Source: a virus
IMG/VR virus record: IMGVR_UViG_3300012041_000044
Location: 1 to 36,566 of that record
Strand: one strand, 5' to 3'
Length of the DNA stretch: 36,566 nucleotides
Shown here: positions 27,772 to 34,362 of the stretch, one piece after another
How positions within the stretch are numbered: the stretch's first letter is position 1
Layout: every line of letters begins with the position of its first letter
The notes under the pieces: model-generated
Seen by the model: the letters and a program-made list of their open reading frames with translations, nothing else
Told to the model about the DNA's origin: nothing
Database searches by the model: none
Program-made: the position numbers and the translations under genes

Positions 27772-28991
27772 CTTTTAAAGCTAGTTTCGGGTGGTTTTCC
27801 TTCTAGTTTCACTTCGTTCCTAGTGATCTTCCCTACGACATCGTTTGCGATGTTCATTACTCGTTCGTCTATCCCCTCCTCAAGGTGTGCGAAGTTATAA
27901 TAGAAGGCTTTACCGATCAGCACACCGCTTTTACACATCTCTTGCATGAAGAGTTGGGACGCATCGGTTGTGATGTCTAGCTGAGCTCTGGTTCCGTAGC
28001 CAACAAACTGGATACTCGGGTGTAGTTTGTTTAGGTTTTTAATAAGCTTCGAGCCGTAAAAGTTAAGATCGTGGAGTGACTTTTGTTCTATTTCGGTCAT
28101 GGTGGCGAGCGCTGCTGCTAATGATAGGATCTCTCCTGAGTAGGTGGATGAAACGAAGTAGTCTGAGTCGTTCATGATGTCGGCTTTGCCTGCGACGACT
28201 GCTAGGGGCATGCCGTTGGCGATTGCTTTACCTAGAGTGATGATATGGGGTTTTAGTGAGAAGTAGTTGCTTATGGTGAAGCGTGGGACTCTAAATCCTG
28301 TTACGATCTCATCGAAGATGATGGGGATATCTTGTTTTGCTTTTGCGAATTCGAACAGTCTATTTAGTTCGCTCTTCCTATGATCGTTTAACTCAAGCTC
28401 TACGGGTTCTAAGATGATACCTGCACACCACTTAATGTAGGTATCTGAGGCCTTAATGATCATATCATCTATGTCTTTAAACTGAGTCATTTTAAGCGTT
28501 AGAGAATCTGGAACCCCAAGGTGTGGAGCGGTGAGAGAGGTCCAACTATCTCCGTGTCCGTGATATCCGGCCGATAAGATCTCGTAGTCTCCACTTGCCG
28601 CTCTTGCGATCCGTATTGCCGCGAGTGTGGCTTCGTTGCCAGTCTTAAGAAACCGGATGCGTTCTGCTGCAGGGATGAGCGTTTGAATCTTTTCTGCTAC
28701 TTGCACCTCTAAGATGTGGGGAAGCGAATGAGAGGCGCCCTTAGATGCGGCGTCCCTTATGCTTTCAGTTACTTTTGGGTGATTATATCCAAGGATGTTC
28801 ACCCCTAAGCCAGAGATGAAGTCGATATACTTGTTACCCCATGCGTCCGTTAAGTAGCAGGCGTTACCAGAGACAACATGAGATGGGTAGATGCCATCTA
28901 TGAAGTGGGTATGACGTTTTGAGTTTGTTCCTGGGAATCCTTGCGCTAGCGAGTCGTTAGCACGTTCTACCCATTCCTCTGTTACCTTCAT
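27768..28991 (-). CDS. Class III PLP aminotransferase (glutamate-1-semialdehyde aminomutase-like)
   Basis: 407 aa with YLTDAWGNKYIDFISGLGVNILGYNHPKV, GNEATLAAIRIARA, FDEIVTGFR and the PLP-lysine context ITLGKAIANGMPLAVVAG. Confidence 0.75.
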   Translation of the reverse strand: MKVTEEWVERANDSLAQGFPGTNSKRHTHFIDGIYPSHVVSGNACYLTDAWGNKYIDFISGLGVNILGYNHPKVTESIRDAASKGASHSLPHILEVQVAEKIQTLIPAAERIRFLKTGNEATLAAIRIARAASGDYEILSAGYHGHGDSWTSLTAPHLGVPDSLTLKMTQFKDIDDMIIKASDTYIKWCAGIILEPVELELNDHRKSELNRLFEFAKAKQDIPIIFDEIVTGFRVPRFTISNYFSLKPHIITLGKAIANGMPLAVVAGKADIMNDSDYFVSSTYSGEILSLAAALATMTEIEQKSLHDLNFYGSKLIKNLNKLHPSIQFVGYGTRAQLDITTDASQLFMQEMCKSGVLIGKAFYYNFAHLEEGIDERVMNIANDVVGKITRNEVKLEGKPPETSFKR

Positions 28992-29646
28992 ACCAATTCC
29001 TTGCTGCTTCTAGAGTTTCTTTTGTATCGATTGAGAACTTATCGATATGAACCATCTTGCCCCATCCACCATTTATCATCTGTTTATATGTGAACCCATC
29101 TTTCTTCATTTCATCGCGCCTATGGTAGCAATGATCGAAAGCAAAGAATGGATGCTCCCTATTATCTTCGTACTTGTCGTAATACTGAAGAAACGGCAGT
29201 AGGCATACTTGCACATCTTGATCTTCTGGATAAGAACGCATGATTGTGTTTGAGCAATACTGGGTTTCAGTCTTTAGAAGAATATCAATAGCCTCGACGA
29301 TCACTTGTTTGTGGATGAACGGACAATCTGCGGTAATGCGAACGATCACGTCGGCATGTTGTTCAGTCGCTGCTAGCGAGTATCTTGCGACGAGATCGTC
29401 TTCTTCGCAGTGTAGACTGGAATATTCAAGACCGTGATTAGCGCAAAACTCACCGAGCTTTTCGTCCTGGACCGTTCCGATAACGATTGGTTTACATTCA
29501 CCCCAAAGCTTAGTCGCTGTTTCTGCAGCCATTTTAGAATTGAGGTAACACCACTCTAAAACGGATCGCTCCCCGATCATCTCATAGATCTTACCTGGGA
29601 GTCTTGCTCCACCGCTTCTTGCTTGTATGCCGATCAGGATCTTCAT
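28957..29646 (-). CDS. Cytidylyltransferase (CMP-sugar synthetase, PseF/SpsF/NeuA-like)
   Basis: The N-terminal MKILIGIQARSGGARLPGKIYEMIG matches the IpAR.gS.RLPGK signature of CTP_transf_3-type enzymes. Confidence 0.7.
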   Translation of the reverse strand: MKILIGIQARSGGARLPGKIYEMIGERSVLEWCYLNSKMAAETATKLWGECKPIVIGTVQDEKLGEFCANHGLEYSSLHCEEDDLVARYSLAATEQHADVIVRITADCPFIHKQVIVEAIDILLKTETQYCSNTIMRSYPEDQDVQVCLLPFLQYYDKYEDNREHPFFAFDHCYHRRDEMKKDGFTYKQMINGGWGKMVHIDKFSIDTKETLEAARNWYEGNRGMGRTC

Positions 29647-29873
29647 TCCCCAAGTTCTCGCTTTAAGTGTTCGATTACTTCTGCGACTCTTCCCTCTTCG
29701 AATAAATCCGCAACCGATCTATGTCCGAAGCACGCGTGAGTAGAGAACCACCACTTTTTAGCCATTTCTTCGTTGAACGAGAACTTCTTCATTGTTAGGT
29801 AGTTGGCGAGCGCTTGGTTCTTCACACTGGATGCCCAGCTTCTATTGGCCGTATTATATTTTCCTCTCTTCAT
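29643..29873 (-). CDS. Small protein with a DUF2384-like (Xre/MbcA/ParS antitoxin C-terminal) motif
   Basis: EEMAKKWWFSTHACFGHRSVADLFEEGRVAEVIEHLKRELGE resembles the a..Wl..p...lgg.sP.dll....G...v...L.ri..G pattern. Confidence 0.35.
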   Translation of the reverse strand: MKRGKYNTANRSWASSVKNQALANYLTMKKFSFNEEMAKKWWFSTHACFGHRSVADLFEEGRVAEVIEHLKRELGE

Positions 29874-30601
29874 CTTTGTCCGTACTCAGTCACTTGGTTG
29901 GCTACATAGAGGTGTACAGCATCGGTCATGTCACAAGCCTCTTCTAGACCCCAGAGCTTAGAGCGGAAGTAGGTGTTCGGGTTTAGAAAGTGGGTAATCA
30001 TCTCGACGTAAGAGTCTTCGATATCACGAAGTGAGACGTTCACTGAATCGTTGATATAGACATCGAACCTTGGGGATTCCGTCTTAAATGAGAGCGCGCA
30101 TTTAAGTTTACGTGCTAAGTGAATTAGCTGGCAACAATCCCAAACCATGTAGTCGCTCCCGTGGTTAAAGTAGTTATATGAGATTTTATTGATTCCTGTT
30201 TTCTCTTTATCTGCTGACTTTGGTTCCCACTTAAGCATTACCTGAACGATTGCACGTTCCCAGTTATTAACTACATAGCCCTTCACATCGTTCTTCAGAG
30301 CAAGGTTCATCACATCTTTGCACTCGCTCATGTTCTTCGATAGTGGCTTCTCGACTAAGAACTCCCTCTTAAGAACGATCATCTCTTTGCAGATTGCAAC
30401 GTGAGTGTCCGTAGGAGTGGCAATAATGGCTTTTTCAAACTCCCATGCCCTCCAAGGCATCTCTCCTTCGAACGGATCTAAAACATCGTAGGTGATAATT
30501 GACAGATCTTTGTGAGCAACTTCTACAGATTTAAGGTACTTAAGGATGGCGAGGTATCGTCTTCCGATTCGGCCTTCGTGTCCTAAGAGTAATACCTTCA
30601 T
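29870..30601 (-). CDS. Gfo/Idh/MocA-type NAD(P)-dependent sugar oxidoreductase (short)
   Basis: Has an N-terminal Rossmann MKVLLLGHEGRIGRRY, then AIIATPTDTHVAICKEM and the family's EKP motif in FLVEKPLS. Confidence 0.6.
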   Translation of the reverse strand: MKVLLLGHEGRIGRRYLAILKYLKSVEVAHKDLSIITYDVLDPFEGEMPWRAWEFEKAIIATPTDTHVAICKEMIVLKREFLVEKPLSKNMSECKDVMNLALKNDVKGYVVNNWERAIVQVMLKWEPKSADKEKTGINKISYNYFNHGSDYMVWDCCQLIHLARKLKCALSFKTESPRFDVYINDSVNVSLRDIEDSYVEMITHFLNPNTYFRSKLWGLEEACDMTDAVHLYVANQVTEYGQR

Positions 30602-31575
30602 ATTACCTCATCGATCATGGCATTTAACTCATCATCATTAATGGCTCTGGCATTAAGGGAGGTAAATTCTTGTTTGATTGGGCTTCCACGCTTCTTTGCG
30701 GGGAACAGGTGATAAGATGGCCATATGATATATCGATCCTCTAGCTCGGTTGTCATGGCGATCTCGTCTTTCGAAATGAGAACCTCATGCATCTTTTCTC
30801 CGGGTCTTACGCCCACGGTCTTTAGAGCCTCTCGCTCGAACACATAATCTTCTCTTGAAACCCCGAGTCTCTTAACCATGGTCTCAAACAGATACTTCAT
30901 CGTAGTCGCCTTCATTTTCGGGACGAACACCTCGGCTCCACGTGAGTCCTCTAAGCATGAGACCACAAACTTGGCGGCATCTCCCTTAGAGATGAAGAAT
31001 CGGGACATGTCGTAGTGGGTTATCTGAATTGATTCTCTTTTTTTAAGTCTCTTGGCCCAAATGGTTGCGACTGAGCCTTGAGAACCAAAGACATTGCCGT
31101 ATCGCGCGACCGAGAAGCGAGCAGTTCCACCCCCGATGTTTGCCTGAATAAATAGCTTCTCCGCAACAAGCTTTGTTGCTCCATAGACGTTAATTGGCGC
31201 AACTGCTTTATCTGTCGATGTAAAAATTGCTCTCCCCACCCCCATCTTCTTGCAGGCTGAGATAACGTTCCCAGTGCCGTGAATATTAGTTTTAACTGCT
31301 TCATCTGGATCGTACTCCGCTTTATCTACATGTTTCATGGCTGCGAAGTGAAACACCCACTCAGCTCCATTCACAGCACGTTCTACTCGTTCAGCGTCTC
31401 TAATATCGCCAATAAAGAAGTCAAGCTTAGATGACGTAAGCTCTCTCGCCATTTCGACTTGTCTATGCTCGCCACGAGAGAGAATACGAATGCGATTGAT
31501 ACGGGGATTAAGGAGAAGCTCTTTAACCACCTCTGTTCCGAGCGTTCCGGTTCCACCGAGAATTGTAACAATCAT
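30598..31575 (-). CDS. UDP-GlcNAc 4,6-dehydratase (PseB/FlaA1/CapD-like extended SDR)
   Basis: ILGGTGTLG (TGxxGxxG), FFIGDIRD, FHFAAMKHV, TSTDKAVAPINVYGATKLVAEK (DK...YxxxK), FSVARYGNVFGSQGSV and VRPGEKMHEVLIS all closely parallel PseB/FlaA1 as I recall it. Confidence 0.8.
   Translation of the reverse strand: MIVTILGGTGTLGTEVVKELLLNPRINRIRILSRGEHRQVEMARELTSSKLDFFIGDIRDAERVERAVNGAEWVFHFAAMKHVDKAEYDPDEAVKTNIHGTGNVISACKKMGVGRAIFTSTDKAVAPINVYGATKLVAEKLFIQANIGGGTARFSVARYGNVFGSQGSVATIWAKRLKKRESIQITHYDMSRFFISKGDAAKFVVSCLEDSRGAEVFVPKMKATTMKYLFETMVKRLGVSREDYVFEREALKTVGVRPGEKMHEVLISKDEIAMTTELEDRYIIWPSYHLFPAKKRGSPIKQEFTSLNARAINDDELNAMIDEVI
31171..31202. repeat. Exact 32-nt direct repeat, copy A (inside the dehydratase gene, over the APINVYGATK codons)
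   Basis: ctttgttgctccatagacgttaattggcgcaa is identical to 35617..35648. Confidence 0.95.
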
Positions 31576-31883
31576 TTTGGGCTTCGAATGAATACGTGAT
31601 CTGGGTTCACGGATTGGATATCTAAGATGAGCTTCCGCTCTGACTCGAACCGCGAAATAAGATGGGCAATAGATGTCTCGAGCTTAACCTCAGCGTTTGC
31701 TTTAACTAACGTAGCGAGCCTCTGATCGATATCGGAATGGTGCTTAGAAGACCTTTCTTGAATGGCAGCCATCGCATTAAGAAGGTCCTTCATGTCTCGT
31801 TTTAGCAGATTAACTGAGAACGCTTGTGAGGCTATGAGGAGGATTACTGAGAGAGTAAAGAATATGACACTCATCGGATCCAT
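31572..31883 (-). CDS. Membrane-anchored helical protein, first gene of the late operon
   Basis: 103 aa with an N-terminal TM (VIFFTLSVILLIASQAF) followed by a helical region. It lies directly downstream of a near-consensus promoter. Confidence 0.55.
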   Translation of the reverse strand: MDPMSVIFFTLSVILLIASQAFSVNLLKRDMKDLLNAMAAIQERSSKHHSDIDQRLATLVKANAEVKLETSIAHLISRFESERKLILDIQSVNPDHVFIRSPK

Positions 31884-31889
31884 CTCCCC

Positions 31890-31918
31890 TATATATTAAC
31901 CACGACAAGAATGGTCAA
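31890..31918 (-). promoter_or_regulatory. Sigma70-like promoter for the long minus-strand operon
   Basis: The minus strand reads TTGACC-17 nt-TATATA, followed by ggggagATG. The -10 ends only 6 nt before the first ATG, so the transcript may be leaderless or the second ATG (31874) may be used. Confidence 0.45.
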
Positions 31919-31993
31919 CGAATTAGCGCAATAATGTCCTACCTTAGTCATCCCCATCGGGTCATTTCGCAGTGTTACGTATGGCATACAGCT

Positions 31994-32002
31994 TGCTATA
32001 TA
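31994..32002 (+). promoter_or_regulatory. Extended -10 promoter element for the plus-strand block
   Basis: TGCTATATA (TGn + TATATA) lies 22 nt upstream of the ATG at 32025, with GGAGAAGGAG between them. The -35 is weak. Confidence 0.35.
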
Positions 32003-32024
32003 CGTATGGAGAAGGAGACCAATC

Positions 32025-32228
32025 ATGAAGCCAAATGCCTACGTAATTGAAACGCTCTCAGGAAGCCTGCAGATCACAAGTCAAACATACCCAAAAGACA
32101 CGACCGTCTATCTAAACCTCAAGATGATCTCAACTGAGGGAAGAGTCAGAATTGAAGAGTTTAATGTTGCTATGGATAAAAGAGACCTAAAACAACTGGC
32201 AGCGATCTTTGCAACTTTAGCAAAGTAA
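32025..32228 (+). CDS. Hypothetical small protein
   Basis: 67-aa ORF with a good RBS, followed by a hairpin and T-tract. Confidence 0.6.
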   Translation: MKPNAYVIETLSGSLQITSQTYPKDTTVYLNLKMISTEGRVRIEEFNVAMDKRDLKQLAAIFATLAK

Positions 32229-32236
32229 ACTGTCAT

Positions 32237-32280
32237 GGGTTGGGGGGCCAAGGATTGGTCTCCTAACCCCTAACCCTTTT
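32237..32280 (+). terminator. Intrinsic terminator / attenuator-like hairpin
   Basis: gggttggggg ... cccctaaccc (10 bp with one G-U pair) is followed by TTTT, then by AAGGAGG of the next gene. Confidence 0.45.
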
Positions 32281-32295
32281 AAGGAGGATTCTATT

Positions 32296-32478
32296 ATGAA
32301 GTCACTATTCGCTCTAATCGCGTTCACTGCAGTCATTATGAACTCTAGCTCGGTTTCTTCGCAGCAGATCGTCAGCGGCTATCTACGTTCGAATGGCACC
32401 TATGTAAGCCCCTATATCCGATCGACTCCAGACTCCTACAAGTTCAATAACTATGGCTGCATGACTCCGAAGCGTTAA
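32296..32478 (+). CDS. Small secreted peptide
   Basis: 60 aa with AAGGAGG upstream and the signal peptide MKSLFALIAFTAVIMNSSSVSS. The mature part (GYLRSNGTYVSPYIRSTPDSYKFNNYG) resembles a repeat motif common in small secreted bacterial proteins. Confidence 0.6.
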   Translation: MKSLFALIAFTAVIMNSSSVSSQQIVSGYLRSNGTYVSPYIRSTPDSYKFNNYGCMTPKR

Positions 32479-33164
32479 ACTCTCAGTGCCTTGGAAGGGG
32501 AAAAACATGGAACAAGAGACGTACGAATTGATCGATGGGCTGTTTTATATCGTACTGCGCTAGTTTACCGCTCTGAAGCTCTTTTTTTTTCTTCTGTGGG
32601 AACTTTGATAGGTACCGATATAAGTTAGTTCAGATCTTAACTTCTTGGGTTTGGTGACTTCTAAGTTGGTACAAGAGCTTGGGTTCCCGAATGCTCAGTA
32701 CGATATAAGAGAATACAGAAGAAGAAATCATTAGAAGAAAAGGATGACCAAGCTCCCGCTGGTCGCTTGGCTCATATCGGAGGTGCTTCGACAAGATGCC
32801 CAGAGCCTGAGCAAGAGTGCGGGTAAAGCCCTGTATTCAAAGCGCAAAAGCCACTTTGGATAGAGGTATACACCCACCAGACTGAACTTATTTCATTCAA
32901 GTCCAAGCTTAAGTAACAGGTTCTCATGCCCGTCACCGTCGCAGTCGGCGTGCTGTGCTTTAAACCAGGACTTATTTAACGACATCCCTGGTCAGGTGAC
33001 AGAAACCCGTGCCCTCTGTCGGAGAATTCTCTTGAGCTACTTGGGAGTGTGTGGGACTGTTCCTGCACAAGCCCTAAGTAGCTCAAGAGAGTTCTTACGT
33101 AAGAGGCCTAAGAAGTCGAATAGATTTCTAGGCCTCTTGCGCTTTTATTTCTAGATGAGTATCC
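32479..33164 (+). other. 0.69-kb ORF-free, dyad-rich region (candidate large structured RNA, leader/attenuator or origin)
   Basis: No ORF of 60 aa or more on either strand in an otherwise tightly packed genome. It contains several long-range complementarities and ends in a strong plus-strand terminator (details in findings). Confidence 0.35.
33101..33151 (+). terminator. Rho-independent terminator
   Basis: aagaggccta...taggcctctt is a 10-bp perfect stem, extendable by 3 more pairs. It is followed by gcgcTTTTATTT, 14 nt before the VRR-NUC start codon. Confidence 0.6.
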
Positions 33165-33551
33165 ATGCGGTCTAGCGGGTCAGTAAAAGAACGACACATT
33201 GAGGCATTAATTGGGGATTATTTGAAGATCTCCAAAATCTTCTTCTTTAAGTGCCCCATGTCCGGTTACTTCGATACTAAACCTACATGGGGTTTACCTC
33301 GATTCCGTCCCCACGCCTCCCCCTACGTTCGCAACGGAACCCCAGACCTTATCGCTGTTATCAACGGTCAGTTCATTGGATTCGAAGTAAAGTCTAAAGG
33401 AGGGAAACAGTCAGACGCACAGAAATCCTTCCAGATCGACGTAAAAGCTGCAGGTGGCATGTACTTCTTAGTTAAGTCTCTGGAAGATGTGCAGAAGGCT
33501 CTCAGTTCGTTAGGACTATGTAAAAGTATCTATCCAGAGGCCTTGAGTTAG
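33165..33551 (+). CDS. VRR-NUC domain (PD-(D/E)xK) nuclease
   Basis: NGTPDLIAVINGQFIGFEVKSKGGKQSDAQKSFQIDVKAAGGMYFLVKSLEDV matches the VRR-NUC pattern G.PDl....g...fiEvK...g.ls..Q......G.....v.s.ed. Confidence 0.6.
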   Translation: MRSSGSVKERHIEALIGDYLKISKIFFFKCPMSGYFDTKPTWGLPRFRPHASPYVRNGTPDLIAVINGQFIGFEVKSKGGKQSDAQKSFQIDVKAAGGMYFLVKSLEDVQKALSSLGLCKSIYPEALS

Positions 33552-33763
33552 ATCGATATCTCGTGATCATTCAGAACTTTATAGAAGAACACTTTAAACT
33601 TCTCCGCCTCATCCGGCGTAAAGTGAGTCGAGTCCCCATACTTAGTCGAAGATCTTAAGGCATCGCCAATCTCAGAAAGCGCACCGTGGTAATTCTCAGC
33701 ACTTAGCGCCATCTTAAACTCTTCATTCTCTTCTGGAAGCTTAAATTGTAAAACTGCTTTCAT
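33548..33763 (-). CDS. Hypothetical small protein, last gene of the early block
   Basis: I prefer the ATG at 33763 (MKAVLQFKLPEENEEF...). The longer track ORF start at 33802 would run through the tRNA-like element. Confidence 0.55.
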   Translation of the reverse strand: MKAVLQFKLPEENEEFKMALSAENYHGALSEIGDALRSSTKYGDSTHFTPDEAEKFKVFFYKVLNDHEISI

Positions 33764-33775
33764 ATGCTTATTAAA

Positions 33776-33829
33776 GGGACGAGAGGGGACTCGAACCCCC
33801 AACCCAAGGCTTGTGAGCCTTACTCTACC
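33776..33829 (-). other. tRNA 3'-half-like element (T-arm plus acceptor 3' strand plus degenerate anticodon and D segments); not a complete tRNA
   Basis: The minus strand reads GGTAGAGT-AAGGCTCACAAGCCTT-GGGTT-GGGGGTTCGAGTCCCCT-CTCGTCC-C. The T-loop is canonical (GGTTCGAGTCC). The anticodon-arm equivalent folds as a 6-bp stem with a 4-nt loop. No 5' acceptor or D-stem partner is present. Confidence 0.35.
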
Positions 33830-33835
33830 TCTTTT

Positions 33836-34063
33836 TTATTTAATATCCCATCGAAGGTTTTTAATTTTATTTGTTTTGTTTATTCGCAAGCTGTTTGGCT
33901 CGAGCGATAGCGCCCTCTCTACTGTCCAATTTCTTTTGAATATCCGATCATTAATAAGCGTAGGAGCCCATCCCCTTGTTCGAGCCCACTCGGCAGCTGT
34001 TTTTGTTTCCCCATTATATGTGAGCCATCGAGTGGTTCTTCTGTTCTCGCATTGTTCTTTCAT
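33836..34063 (-). CDS. C-terminal piece of a split or truncated phage protein (NC.W...EQ..N.R...TYNGETKT..EWA family)
   Basis: Starts MKEQCENRRTTRWLTYNGETKTAAEWARTRGW. The same frame upstream of the ATG reads SKGYFKENCKWST, so homology continues upstream of the annotated start. Confidence 0.5.
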   Translation of the reverse strand: MKEQCENRRTTRWLTYNGETKTAAEWARTRGWAPTLINDRIFKRNWTVERALSLEPNSLRINKTNKIKNLRWDIK

Positions 34064-34362
34064 CGTTGACCATTTGCAGTTTTCTTTAAAGTATCCCTTT
34101 GATCAGTACAGCGATTCATCATTCCATACCAACATGCGTACTCTCTGGTTTGTGAAAACCCGTGCTTCGGGTTAGATCGACATTTTCCTATATAACAAGA
34201 ATTTCTAAAGCCATTTCTCCTGTTAAACTGTAATGCTCCGGTTCCTCGAAGGACCGTCTCGCCACAATCACAAACACAAACCCACGTTCCTTTTACGCGC
34301 TCTCTCACCACAAGAGATTCGAATCTTTGGCCCTTTAGATTTATAAAAGCCGGCATAATCAA
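34060..34362 (-). CDS. N-terminal piece of the same split or truncated protein (Cys-rich)
   Basis: LKGQRFESLVVRERVKGTWVCVCDCGE...SCYIGKCRSNPKHGFSQTREYACWYGMMNRC is the N-terminal pattern of a common phage family. The ORF ends by an ATGA overlap with the next one. Confidence 0.5.
   Translation of the reverse strand: MIMPAFINLKGQRFESLVVRERVKGTWVCVCDCGETVLRGTGALQFNRRNGFRNSCYIGKCRSNPKHGFSQTREYACWYGMMNRCTDQRDTLKKTANGQR

Noticed and set aside
31020-31304. 94-aa ORF inside the dehydratase gene whose product contains LTSMEQQ, like the 78-aa early protein
   Set aside because: The shared peptide simply reflects the 32-nt DNA repeat read in the alternative frame. The dehydratase frame is clearly the real one here.
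26960-31575. Sugar cassette as a DNA hypermodification pathway
   Set aside because: No dNMP hydroxymethylase, kinase, DNA glycosyltransferase or polymerase is recognisable. The PseB/PseH/PseF-like set together with a Maf-like transferase points to protein or glycan modification instead.
33139-33151. 13-nt match gcgcttttatttc between the terminator tail (33139..33151) and 35651..35663
   Set aside because: Exact 13-mers are expected by chance several times in a 36-kb sequence. This one is noteworthy only because it abuts copy B of the 32-nt repeat.
32479-33164. Hidden protein gene masked by an alternative genetic code (stop-codon reassignment)
   Set aside because: All other genes are intact and tightly packed under the standard code, using TAA, TAG and TGA as stops. 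The region has stops of all three kinds in every frame.
33776-33829. Functional attP with an integration module
   Set aside because: No tyrosine or serine recombinase, excisionase or CI-like repressor is recognisable anywhere in the closed genome. I keep this only as a hypothesis in the findings.
33764-33835. Complete tRNA or tmRNA gene
   Set aside because: The 5' acceptor strand (GGACGAG) and the D stem are absent within 500 nt. The anticodon arm has a 4- or 6-nt loop instead of 7. No tag-peptide frame or tmRNA 5' end was found.
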